64,000 nucleotides of DNA, from the IMG/VR virus record IMGVR_UViG_3300036770_001342, positions 1 through 64,000 of that record; one strand, written 5' to 3'. The DNA is from a virus. Below the pieces are notes generated by a model. The model was given only the letters and a program-made list of their open reading frames with translations, made no database searches and had not been told where the DNA came from. This document shows, one piece after another, positions 17,769 through 27,281 of the stretch (positions within the stretch are counted from its first letter, which is position 1; each line of letters begins with the position of its first letter). The position numbers and the translations under genes were made by a program.

Positions 17769-17935
17769 CGCTTCGGCTTGGATTCGAACCTTGTCCTAGT
17801 CTTGTCGATCTGCACTTCCCACAGTACTGACCGAAGCAGTTTTTCTGGTTTATCTCTAGTGCCTATAGAACACCTTGATCCTCAAACTACGCCATCGCTA
17901 TGCGACAAACACTACTCCAGAAGGTCGTGCGGCTG
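17769..17935 (-). ncRNA. Putative non-coding RNA with a 3' tRNA-like domain lacking a normal anticodon arm
   Basis: Own TATAAATA at 17941-17948; no - strand ORF; GCTTCGG/CCGAAGC stem, GTACT-GTGGGA-AGTGC hairpin, GG-TTCGAAT-CC T loop; upstream TTCTGG/CCAGAA multibranch. Confidence 0.6.
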
Positions 17936-17940
17936 AATGT

Positions 17941-17948
17941 TATTTATA
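17941..17948 (-). promoter_or_regulatory. T4-type late promoter TATAAATA
   Basis: Exact match 3 nt after the speD stop. Confidence 0.75.
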
Positions 17949-17951
17949 CTT

Positions 17952-18326
17952 TTATTCTAAAGGTAGTTCAATAAGTTTGTTTTCACGATCAAGATATTTC
18001 ATTTCAATCTTAACAGGGTGAAATTCACGTAACGCTTCTACAACGTCATATGGGTCAAGTGGGCCGCAAGTATAAACATCTAGTTGGAGCAATGATGGCT
18101 TATCTTCATCCCAAACATGTAGTGCGATATGACTTGTCTCAATGATAGCGACAGCAGTTAGTCCACGATTGCCAACTACATCTAGGTACTTAGCAAAAGG
18201 ACCCATCATGACCTTCATGCCAATCTTATCAATAAGTCTGTTCATCCAATCGATTGCTAGTTGTTCTTCCTTTAGTGGATTACCAACTTCGGCACGAATA
18301 ATCAAGTGTTTATGTACTACAGCCAT
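17952..18326 (-). CDS. speD: S-adenosylmethionine decarboxylase proenzyme
   Basis: HKHLII, GLTAVAIIETSHIALHVW, LDVYTCG (pyruvoyl class). Confidence 0.88.
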   Translation of the reverse strand: MAVVHKHLIIRAEVGNPLKEEQLAIDWMNRLIDKIGMKVMMGPFAKYLDVVGNRGLTAVAIIETSHIALHVWDEDKPSLLQLDVYTCGPLDPYDVVEALREFHPVKIEMKYLDRENKLIELPLE

Positions 18327-21300
18327 TATTTGTATTTCCTATTGTAATATTCTTTCAACCAATCCCATTCATAACTTAATTTTAATTTATCGAAATCTCC
18401 ACCTACCATATCATAATATTCTACACCGTCTTTAGCACCTTGTAAACAATCCTGGGCATATTTGCCTTCTGCTACAGTTAGCCAAATTTTTAATCTATCA
18501 AAACTTACATCTTTATAGTCAGATTTTAATTTTATTACTTCTCTGAATGCAGTACGCCAAGTATTGTATGGATCCGTATTAAACTCTGCTACCCCGGATA
18601 ACATGTCTACTACAGTATGCGGATCATCTAACGTAAAATCTAATCCGCGTCCTTTGTTGTTTAATGTTAGTTTTTTATTATATGCGATCATTGCTTGGTG
18701 ACCATATACTAATCCATTTACTGGATTAATAGCATTGAAGATATAATGTTTGGGACTCTGTAGCCTGTCAGGTTGCCAGTTCCAATCAAAGTCATTGTTT
18801 ACCTTTAATTTAGCAAATACTGTAAACATCCACTGTGTTTGTGACGCTTCAGCAGCAGCCTGATATGCTTGAACACGACCATTGACACCATCTACTCGCA
18901 CAACCCTGTTTGGTAACCCCTTAGTTACCTTTAGTAGATGCTCATAGTTTTCATCAGATTGCGGTTCTCCGTTACTTAAAAAGACAATATCTAAAGGTTT
19001 AGAATTAGTAAGTCTACTGGCTTTAGCAATATACGGGTAGTCATACAATTGGTCTTGAATATAAAACTTAACTTGTTTAGGTACTACTATGACCGATCCG
19101 CCCGTAGTTAAAATCTCTATGTTCTTTGTATGGCTAGCCCATAAATTTAATGGCTCTCTGTAGTCAATCTGTATATCGTTATCTGAGTTCTTCATTACAG
19201 CATACGGGAAATCATATTCAATTTTCCACGAATTGCTATGGGTATCGTCATCAATAGTATAAATTGGCGGTGCAATTCTGTGAGCCTTGTTGTGTGTGAC
19301 ATAATTTACTTTATTAAAATCTTCCAAATAACTTAATTCACTTATTGCAGAACGCAATTTGTTTACATCTATTAAGAATGTGTCACCAAATTTTTGTCTA
19401 TCACTAGCAAAAACATGTAAATTTTCTTTAGCGAAAGGATCGCAGATATATGTAAAGTCAAAATTGTCGTAATTACAAACGCTACTACAAATCCAAATAT
19501 AATGTTCTTTTTTAGTTTCTAATGTATCTAATAATTTTTTAAATGTTGAAAGATAACTGTCAACATATTTTACAATTTTAATTTCTTTATTTGTTTTATT
19601 AGCAAGGTTTTCTAATATAATACTTGTTTCTTTATTTCCGTGATCGATCAAGTAAACATCATACAAACAATCTGTAGCCGTTGTAGTCTTATCTTTTACA
19701 AAATTTAAATTTTGTAGGTGCTCTATAATTTTTACATATTTTGTATCATCGTTAAAGGTACTACCGTTTATTAAGTATGTGTTTCCCCAATGACTCCACT
19801 GTGTACCAAATACATGCACCATTTGCATTTGCCAAGGACTTGGATAAAAATTAAATTCAAAGTTTGAATAATCGTATTCGCTGTTTACTACCCAAAATAA
19901 ATTTGTTTTTGATTTTCTAATACATCTAGAAATTGTTTCTACCCAAGAATTAAAGAATCTTGTTTTAATAATATTTGGAAATCTTTTTTGTAGTTCTTCA
20001 TATCTATGTTTACTATCAATGTTATTTCTATCTATAAAGAATATACTTAGATTTGTTTCCTTAATATAAACTTGCTGCTCAGTTACATAGTTATATTCAC
20101 GGTAACCTGACATGTACATAGGACCATTAATATAATATGTTTGTGTATCTTTAGCGTTTTCATTACCGAACACATTCACATGTCTAAAGTTTTGACTATT
20201 AGGTTTCCAACTAAAATCAAATCCTTCATATGTGAGATCGGGGTTTAAAGCCCAAAATTCTTCATCTGGATGCTGTTTAATCAAATCATCTAATGTAGTC
20301 TGTATATAATATTTAGGAATATCTTTTTTCTTTATCACTTGCGCATTAGTACGTGGCATGTAAACAATATCAACTGCATCGGGAACTGTATATCTAGGAC
20401 CATTATCTTCCCATTGATAAATTTGTGGAGGACTATGAGGATTAGGTCTCCAACTGAAATCAAAATTTTCTAAATCGTCAGCGTTGTAGACAGACCAAAG
20501 TTTCATATCGATTCCAGGAGTTGCAACCAGTGTATCTAAATATTTTCGTTCTGTTGCTCCTTCCATATGGTATTCAACGCTAGGCTCTGTGGCTGCGTCG
20601 TTCCATTTATTACCAAATACATAAATTAGTGAAGGTTCTCTAGGATCAGGAACCCAACTATAATCAAAATATTCTACTGGTATCAGATTTTTCCATAATC
20701 CATTATTGTAGTTTGCCTTTAAGTATGCTTTACTATCAAGATATTTGTATTCAGTAGCACCAGGTACATGATACTCTAAAGTATGTTGTAATTCGACTGG
20801 GTTCCATTGATTGCCGAACACATATATGTAGGGAGGATCGTTTGGGTTAGGTCTCCAAGTAAAGTCAAAGTTGTCAACTGGCAACAATACTTTCCAGTAC
20901 TCATGCACAGGACTTACTTTTGCTATAACATCCTGCACATAATTATATTCTGTGGCTCCTGGCACTTTATATAAAACAGTTTTTTCAACTTCAGCCGCAT
21001 TCCATTGATTACCGAATACGTAAATATATGGAGGTGCGCCGGGATTAGGACGCCAACTGAAATCAAATTCTTCGACGGGTACACAAATTTCCCAACACTC
21101 ACTCATTGGTAACGTTTTCGCTACCATATTGTCCATATACTTTCTAACTGGTTCTGAATCTAATCCTTCACAATAATATTCTATTGTGGGTTCAGTCTCC
21201 GCACTGTTGCTTTGATTTCCCCATACATAGATAAATGCAGGTTCGCTAGGATCCGGTCTCCAACTGAAATCAAAACTTGACTTGTCTACTGGTATCAATA

Positions 21301-24300
21301 TTTTCCATTTATCCCATTCAGGTTCAACTTCTAAATTGTTACCCATGTATTTGATTTCTGTCGCGCCCGGTGTATGATAAGTCACAGTTGGCTTCTTTTC
21401 ACCCGGTATATACTTATTACCCCATACATAAATGTATGCTGGCTCACGAGGATCAGGCATCCAAGTAAAATCAAAGTTGGCTGGTTGTTGAGTTATAGTC
21501 CAGTTGTCCCATTGCGGGACTATTTCTACATTGCCCATGTATTTCTTTTCAGTAGCACCAGGAACAATGTATTCTAGTGTGGGGCGTAACTCACCTTTTA
21601 CATGCTTATTACCCCATACGTAAATGAATGGTGGTTCATTAGGATTAGGACGCCAACTAAAGTCAAATGACTTATCAACAGGTAAATAGATTTTCCATCT
21701 ATCCCATTCTGGTTCAACATCAACATCGTTGCCCATGTATTTGACTTCTGTTGCACCTTCTACTGTATATGTAACCGTAGGTATTTTTTCTCCGGGTATA
21801 TATTTGTTACCCCATATATAGATATAAGGCTCTGACGTAGGATCAGGCACCCAACTATAATCAAAGTTTCGTGTCTTTTGATGCGTTTGCCATTTAGTAT
21901 AATCTGCTGTAACTTGTACTATGCCCATGAATTTCCTTTCAGTAGCACCTTCAACAATATATTCGATTGTAGGAGATACTTCAGCAGGTACGTGTTGATT
22001 ACCCCAAGTATAAATGTATGCTGGCTCTCTTGGATCTGGCATCCAAGTAAAATCAAAGTCTGTTACAGGATAATATATTTGATAATTCTTATAGTCAGGC
22101 TTTAGTGGAACTAATTCCTGCATATATTTCTTTTCAGTAGCCCCCGGTGTAATATATTCTAATGTAGGACGCAATTCAGCATTAACATATTTGTTGCCCC
22201 ATACATAAATGTATGCTGGCTCTCTTGGATCTGGACGCCATGTCATATCAAATAAATCTGTGTCAACATTATGATACGTTCTCCAACGATCCACTTGTAC
22301 AGTTACAGGCACAATGCCCATATATTTCTTTTCTATTGCGTTATCGCAATAATACTCAAGTGTAGGTTGTAACTCGCCGGCTACATATTTGTTGCCCCAT
22401 ACATAGATATATGCTGGCTCATTGGGATCTGGTCTCCAAGACAAATCAAATTTTTCTGTGTCTATACCCTCGTAAATCTTCCAACGATCTAGTTCAGGTA
22501 ACACATCTATATTACCCATGTACTTTGTTTCTGTGGCATTGGGTACTTTATAAATCAATGTAGGCTTTACTTCACCCGGTATGTATTTGTTGCCCCATAC
22601 ATAAATGTATGCCGGCTCTCTTGGATCTGGACGCCATGCTAGATCAAATTTTGTTTTATCAATTTCTTGTACGATTGTCCATCTATCTTTTTCCTGTATT
22701 ACAGGTACATGTTCTTGCATGTATTTCTTTTCTGTTGCCCCAGGACAATGATATTCTAATGTAGGCTGCAATTCAGCAGGTATATACTTATTACCCCATA
22801 TATAAATGTATGCAGGTTCTCTTGGATCAGGTCTCCAAGACAAATCAAATTTGTTTGTATCAATCTCTTGATGTATTACCCAACGTTCATATTGCGGTAA
22901 TACTTCAACATCTCCCATATATTTGTAATCTGTAGCACCCGAAACATGATATTCTAACGTTGGTTGCATTTCAACAGGTACAAACTTGTTACCCCATGCG
23001 TATATGTATGGCGGATCTTTAGGATTAGGTCTCCAAGCAAAATCAAATTTTGTTCTATCTATGTTTTGATTTTCAACCCAATTTTCAAAATTAGGTAATA
23101 ATGTCACAAGTTCACTCATGTACTTGTATTCGGTAGCGCCGGGTACAATATACTCTACAGTAGGACTAGTAGCGGCGTCAAAATATTTGTTACCCCAAGC
23201 ATAAATGTAAGGCGGACTAGTTGGGTCTGGTCTCCAACAAAAATCAAAACTAGATTTATCAATATTGTATAAAATATTCCAGCAATCATAGTTAGGTAAT
23301 ACGCCTACCAATTCAGTCATGTATTTCTTTTCAGTAGCACCGGGGCAGTGATATTCTAATGTAGATTGTACTTCTGCCGGTACATACTTATTGCCCCATA
23401 CATAAATGTATGCTGGCTCTCTTGGATCAGGTCTCCAACTTAAATCAAATGTTGATTTATCTATAGGTTGAACTTCTACCCAACGATCCGTTTCTGGCAA
23501 TACAGGAACATCGTTACCCATATACTTGCGCTCAGTTGATTCCGGACAATGATATTCTAAAGTTGGGTGTAATTCAGCCTCAACATATTTGTTACCCCAT
23601 ACATAGATATATGCAGGTTCTCTTGGATCTGGTCTCCAAGTAAGATCAAAATTATTTTTATCTATAGACTCAAAAATCTTCCAACAACTAGTTTTAGGCA
23701 AAACTGAAATTAATTCTGTCATGTATTTCTTTTCAGTCGCGCCTTGACAATGATATTCAAGTGTAGGTTGTAACTCAGCAGATATCCACTTATTACCCCA
23801 AACATAAATGTAAGGAGGACTACCCGGATCAGGTCTCCAACTAAAGTCAAAATTTTCTATTTCATCATAAACTTTAAAATTAGTTTTATCTATTGATAGT
23901 TTAACATGCCACAATGTGTGATCTATATATTTTCTTTCTGTTGCGCCGTCTACATGATATTCTATTGTAGGCATAACTTCAGCACTATAATGCTGATTAC
24001 CCCAAACATAAATGTAAGGGGGACTTTTAGGATCAGGGCGCCAGCGAAAATCAAATGTATTTTTATCTACAGACTCAACTATCTTCCACTTAGTATAGTC
24101 TGGCATCAACTCTACAAGCCCGTCTACATATTTGTAATCTGTAGCACCTTCAATTACATATTCTACTACTGCTTTATGTGTGGCAGGAAAATATCTACAT
24201 CCCCAAGCATAAATGTAAGGCGGACTAGTTGGGTCTGGATGCCAACTAAAATCAAAAGTAGTTTCGTCTATTAGTTCGTTAATTTTCCAATTATCTGTTT

Positions 24301-24619
24301 TTATATTTTTACGTCTAACTGGTTCAACGTCTGTTCTATAGACTAATACTTCGCTGTCGTTTTTACTACAAAGCCATGTACCGCTATCTTTCTGATGTTG
24401 ACTAGGCCAAATATTGTTATGATCTTGAGTCCATACTTGATCATCATCAAGAAAATCAAAATCGAAATCCCAGTCAAAGTTTGTATAGTCACAATATTCG
24501 TTGACTATCCAAAAATGTTCCGTAGTGGCTTGATTTCTAGCATCATCTAGATTTTTTGCAGGCTTCTCTCTTGGATGGACGTTTGGTTTTTGTCCGTAAT
24601 AAAAGACATCACGTAACAT
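18326..24619 (-). CDS. 2,097-aa tandem-repeat protein with C-terminal glycosyltransferase-like domains
   Basis: ~20 repeats; C-terminal LDIVFLSNGEP..RVDGVNG..AAAEAS..WRTAFREVIK resembles 42808..43761. Confidence 0.85.
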   Translation of the reverse strand: MLRDVFYYGQKPNVHPREKPAKNLDDARNQATTEHFWIVNEYCDYTNFDWDFDFDFLDDDQVWTQDHNNIWPSQHQKDSGTWLCSKNDSEVLVYRTDVEPVRRKNIKTDNWKINELIDETTFDFSWHPDPTSPPYIYAWGCRYFPATHKAVVEYVIEGATDYKYVDGLVELMPDYTKWKIVESVDKNTFDFRWRPDPKSPPYIYVWGNQHYSAEVMPTIEYHVDGATERKYIDHTLWHVKLSIDKTNFKVYDEIENFDFSWRPDPGSPPYIYVWGNKWISAELQPTLEYHCQGATEKKYMTELISVLPKTSCWKIFESIDKNNFDLTWRPDPREPAYIYVWGNKYVEAELHPTLEYHCPESTERKYMGNDVPVLPETDRWVEVQPIDKSTFDLSWRPDPREPAYIYVWGNKYVPAEVQSTLEYHCPGATEKKYMTELVGVLPNYDCWNILYNIDKSSFDFCWRPDPTSPPYIYAWGNKYFDAATSPTVEYIVPGATEYKYMSELVTLLPNFENWVENQNIDRTKFDFAWRPNPKDPPYIYAWGNKFVPVEMQPTLEYHVSGATDYKYMGDVEVLPQYERWVIHQEIDTNKFDLSWRPDPREPAYIYIWGNKYIPAELQPTLEYHCPGATEKKYMQEHVPVIQEKDRWTIVQEIDKTKFDLAWRPDPREPAYIYVWGNKYIPGEVKPTLIYKVPNATETKYMGNIDVLPELDRWKIYEGIDTEKFDLSWRPDPNEPAYIYVWGNKYVAGELQPTLEYYCDNAIEKKYMGIVPVTVQVDRWRTYHNVDTDLFDMTWRPDPREPAYIYVWGNKYVNAELRPTLEYITPGATEKKYMQELVPLKPDYKNYQIYYPVTDFDFTWMPDPREPAYIYTWGNQHVPAEVSPTIEYIVEGATERKFMGIVQVTADYTKWQTHQKTRNFDYSWVPDPTSEPYIYIWGNKYIPGEKIPTVTYTVEGATEVKYMGNDVDVEPEWDRWKIYLPVDKSFDFSWRPNPNEPPFIYVWGNKHVKGELRPTLEYIVPGATEKKYMGNVEIVPQWDNWTITQQPANFDFTWMPDPREPAYIYVWGNKYIPGEKKPTVTYHTPGATEIKYMGNNLEVEPEWDKWKILIPVDKSSFDFSWRPDPSEPAFIYVWGNQSNSAETEPTIEYYCEGLDSEPVRKYMDNMVAKTLPMSECWEICVPVEEFDFSWRPNPGAPPYIYVFGNQWNAAEVEKTVLYKVPGATEYNYVQDVIAKVSPVHEYWKVLLPVDNFDFTWRPNPNDPPYIYVFGNQWNPVELQHTLEYHVPGATEYKYLDSKAYLKANYNNGLWKNLIPVEYFDYSWVPDPREPSLIYVFGNKWNDAATEPSVEYHMEGATERKYLDTLVATPGIDMKLWSVYNADDLENFDFSWRPNPHSPPQIYQWEDNGPRYTVPDAVDIVYMPRTNAQVIKKKDIPKYYIQTTLDDLIKQHPDEEFWALNPDLTYEGFDFSWKPNSQNFRHVNVFGNENAKDTQTYYINGPMYMSGYREYNYVTEQQVYIKETNLSIFFIDRNNIDSKHRYEELQKRFPNIIKTRFFNSWVETISRCIRKSKTNLFWVVNSEYDYSNFEFNFYPSPWQMQMVHVFGTQWSHWGNTYLINGSTFNDDTKYVKIIEHLQNLNFVKDKTTTATDCLYDVYLIDHGNKETSIILENLANKTNKEIKIVKYVDSYLSTFKKLLDTLETKKEHYIWICSSVCNYDNFDFTYICDPFAKENLHVFASDRQKFGDTFLIDVNKLRSAISELSYLEDFNKVNYVTHNKAHRIAPPIYTIDDDTHSNSWKIEYDFPYAVMKNSDNDIQIDYREPLNLWASHTKNIEILTTGGSVIVVPKQVKFYIQDQLYDYPYIAKASRLTNSKPLDIVFLSNGEPQSDENYEHLLKVTKGLPNRVVRVDGVNGRVQAYQAAAEASQTQWMFTVFAKLKVNNDFDWNWQPDRLQSPKHYIFNAINPVNGLVYGHQAMIAYNKKLTLNNKGRGLDFTLDDPHTVVDMLSGVAEFNTDPYNTWRTAFREVIKLKSDYKDVSFDRLKIWLTVAEGKYAQDCLQGAKDGVEYYDMVGGDFDKLKLSYEWDWLKEYYNRKYK
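20400..24290 (-). repeat. Intragenic array of 19 full + 1 partial ~63-70-aa repeats (FDFSWRPDPxEPxYIYVWGNKY..PTLEYxxPGATExKY)
   Basis: Counted in the translation; recurring DNA words such as CCCCATACATAAATGTATGCTGGCTCTCTTGGATC; boundaries approximate. Confidence 0.9.
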
Positions 24620-24627
24620 GAAACTAC

Positions 24628-26112
24628 TTATGAAACAACTTTTAGATTATAAAGTTTCTCAAAACGGTCGGCATCACTGCGATCATTGACCATTGGCTCG
24701 CCGCGAATATTCAATGATGTATTGAGCAACATAGGACATCCTGTTTCTTGATACCAGGCTTCTAAGAGTTGTCGTATCCCAGATCCATCTTTAGGCACTG
24801 TCTGTACACGACTAGTATTGTCGAAATGGCTAATAGCAGGATAAAGGTCAGGATGCTTGCAACTAGCGATGACTTGCATATACCTACTATCAATCCAATT
24901 ACGAGGCATATCGAAATACTGATGTACATGCTCTTCCAGAATGACTGGTGCAAATGGTCTGAACTTTTGTCTGCGCTTGATTTCATTTACTTTGTCCTTA
25001 ATTTCAGGACCCCTCGGATCTGCTAGTAACGATCTATTGCCCAATGCGCGAGGTCCAAACTCTGCGCGACCGCTAGCAACACCTACCATCTTATTTTTAC
25101 TTAATTCTTTAATAACTTCTTTGACTGGATATGGGCCTTTAATATTTGTACCTAAAAAAGCATCTGTCCAGTTTAATTTCTTACCATAACCTAGTGCGGC
25201 TGCTCCTAGACTATTACCCGCATCACCCGGGTTAGGCATGATCCATATGTTCTTGTAGTATTTTCCTAACAATCTATTTGCAAGACAGTTTAATGCTACA
25301 CCGCCGCCATATACTAAATTACTACTATTTCCAATACGTTTGGCTCTCATCATAACTTTTTCAACAAGTGTTTCGCAAACTAATTGTGCGCTAGCAGCAA
25401 TGTCCATATCATCTGCTTTTGATAACCAGCCTTCTGAATCTAAACCCGTATGTAAATTATATTTAAATTCCAAATCTTCAAGATTTGACAAATAATGACT
25501 TGCCATACGATTAGCATATGTTGGTTTACCGTATGCTGCCATACCCATAAGTATGTACTCTTCATCCATTGGTCGTAGGCCCACACGCTGCGTCATAGCA
25601 CTATAGAACATACCTATGCTGTTAGGATATTTCTTACTCCACAATTTTGTATAATGTGCCGTACCGTTATTATCGTAACATGCATCCCATATACTGATAC
25701 AGTCCATTTCACCGATAGCATCTATGATGACTACTGTAGCATGATTGAAAGGACTTGTTTGAAATCCTGCGGCTGCGTGTGTCTTGTGATGCACATGTGT
25801 TTTGATCGGCATGTCGCCGAACTTTTCATATAAATCAGGACCTATAATTTGCTTGACACTCAATGGTCCAATAGGTTGACCTGCTCGAAATTGACGTATT
25901 GCCTTTAACCATGGTTTTTCATAATAATTTAGTTGGTAGTTGCTATTAACTACATATTTCATGGCTTCATCTATGATTCCTTCACATAGATCAGCATCAT
26001 GTTTCTTCTTGCTATAACGTTCACTATGTGCTGCAAACACTATATTGCCGGTATCACTAACAATACTCAATCCGGCATCATGAAAACCACAACTTAGCCC
26101 TATGTACATCAT
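24628..26112 (-). CDS. Carbamoyltransferase (NodU/CmcH/TobZ family); start moved to MMYIGLS
   Basis: GFHDAG, ERYSKKKH, HHKTHA, MGMAAYG, GGVALNC, GRAEFGPRALGNRS, FRPFAP, LLNTSLN. Confidence 0.95.
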   Translation of the reverse strand: MMYIGLSCGFHDAGLSIVSDTGNIVFAAHSERYSKKKHDADLCEGIIDEAMKYVVNSNYQLNYYEKPWLKAIRQFRAGQPIGPLSVKQIIGPDLYEKFGDMPIKTHVHHKTHAAAGFQTSPFNHATVVIIDAIGEMDCISIWDACYDNNGTAHYTKLWSKKYPNSIGMFYSAMTQRVGLRPMDEEYILMGMAAYGKPTYANRMASHYLSNLEDLEFKYNLHTGLDSEGWLSKADDMDIAASAQLVCETLVEKVMMRAKRIGNSSNLVYGGGVALNCLANRLLGKYYKNIWIMPNPGDAGNSLGAAALGYGKKLNWTDAFLGTNIKGPYPVKEVIKELSKNKMVGVASGRAEFGPRALGNRSLLADPRGPEIKDKVNEIKRRQKFRPFAPVILEEHVHQYFDMPRNWIDSRYMQVIASCKHPDLYPAISHFDNTSRVQTVPKDGSGIRQLLEAWYQETGCPMLLNTSLNIRGEPMVNDRSDADRFEKLYNLKVVS

Positions 26113-27281
26113 CTTGTATTTCCATAATGTATTACAGTTATATTTTCTTGAGAACCTAAATTTCTCCATGGATCAATTACTACACTATTAGCGGGAAATT
26201 TAAATTCTTCTACCCATTTTTCCCAATATGCAATTAAGAATACATTTGCATTTTCAGGAATTGTAACATCATTGGTATTAGGATCATAATAAGAAATATT
26301 TCCTTTTCTAGCCTCTATGTAATGTCCTATTAATAAACTGCAACTACCATTAGTATAAGGCACAGCCGGCTTATATGATTTACCTAAGATACAAATATTG
26401 TTGCCATATTCTAGACATTTTTTTGCAATGTTGTCGCTTTGAATTTCTCTAGCCTTCATAATAGCATCAAATAAATCATAACCTAAATCTAATTTTTCAG
26501 CGAGATATCGTAAGGCAATATTGTCTCTAGGATGACATGCACCGGCGTCGCCTAGTCCTGCTTTCATATATGCTGGACCCATAATTCTATGTGTAGACTT
26601 TGCTAATGCTTGAGTAACGACATCAACATTTATATTACCGTTTTTTTCAGCAACATCTTGAATCATGTTTACAAGAGCAAGTTTAGTTGAAATAAATGTG
26701 TTGTAGAAAATCTTAATTGATTCTGCTTCGTCCCACGTGCCTACTTCATAACGAGGATTGTTTTCCATAAACACTTTATAAAAATCAATTAATTCTTGAG
26801 CATCACCTGTCAGACTTCCATCTTCTGTACCTATAATAACCATTTCTGGATTTACCATATCCCACTTTACAGTACCCATAGCAATTAGATATGGGTTATA
26901 GATGAAACGTGCGTTAGTGATACAAGGACGTAATTGACTTCTTACTGTGCCGGGTAGTACAGTGCTTATTAACACTACTAGTTGGTTAGATTTAGCGAAT
27001 TGATTTACTTGTGTTAGAATGTTCTTGACTATTGTATAATCAAAGTCTTTATTAGGCAAATGACTAGTGGGAGTTTCCCCGCCGTATATAGGATCATGTG
27101 GAGTAGGAGCAGCGATGAAAATTAAATCTTTCCCGGTAACTGCTTCTTCAATGCTAGAAGCCATCTTAAAATTAGCAGGAGTTCTAGGTTCAACATCATA
27201 TCCCACTACATCATAGTGTTGTGCCATAACTTCAGCACAATCTTGTCCTAATTTGCCCACACCAATCATTGCAACTTTCAT
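26109..27281 (-). CDS. UDP-glucose/GDP-mannose dehydrogenase family
   Basis: GVGKLG, AAPTP, STVLPGT, KIFYNTF, GACHPRD catalytic Cys, GKSYK. Confidence 0.92.
   Translation of the reverse strand: MKVAMIGVGKLGQDCAEVMAQHYDVVGYDVEPRTPANFKMASSIEEAVTGKDLIFIAAPTPHDPIYGGETPTSHLPNKDFDYTIVKNILTQVNQFAKSNQLVVLISTVLPGTVRSQLRPCITNARFIYNPYLIAMGTVKWDMVNPEMVIIGTEDGSLTGDAQELIDFYKVFMENNPRYEVGTWDEAESIKIFYNTFISTKLALVNMIQDVAEKNGNINVDVVTQALAKSTHRIMGPAYMKAGLGDAGACHPRDNIALRYLAEKLDLGYDLFDAIMKAREIQSDNIAKKCLEYGNNICILGKSYKPAVPYTNGSCSLLIGHYIEARKGNISYYDPNTNDVTIPENANVFLIAYWEKWVEEFKFPANSVVIDPWRNLGSQENITVIHYGNTR

Noticed and set aside
17769-17837. Canonical tRNA, tRNA-Sec or YrlA-type Y RNA
   Set aside because: No anticodon stem-loop and a mismatched T stem; the D-then-T order is not the permuted YrlA layout and no Ro60 gene is in the window
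15159-17935. Hammerhead or HDV-like ribozyme in the tmRNA spacer or the ncRNA
   Set aside because: No correctly placed CUGANGA/GAAA core or nested double pseudoknot found by eye; not excluded without a covariance search
17733-17936. + strand 67-aa ORF
   Set aside because: No RBS, begins inside a - strand promoter, and is antisense to the putative ncRNA
20400-24290. CRISPR array or DGR template/variable repeats
   Set aside because: Repeats are in-frame coding units with codon-type divergence, not A-specific changes; no reverse transcriptase or cas gene present
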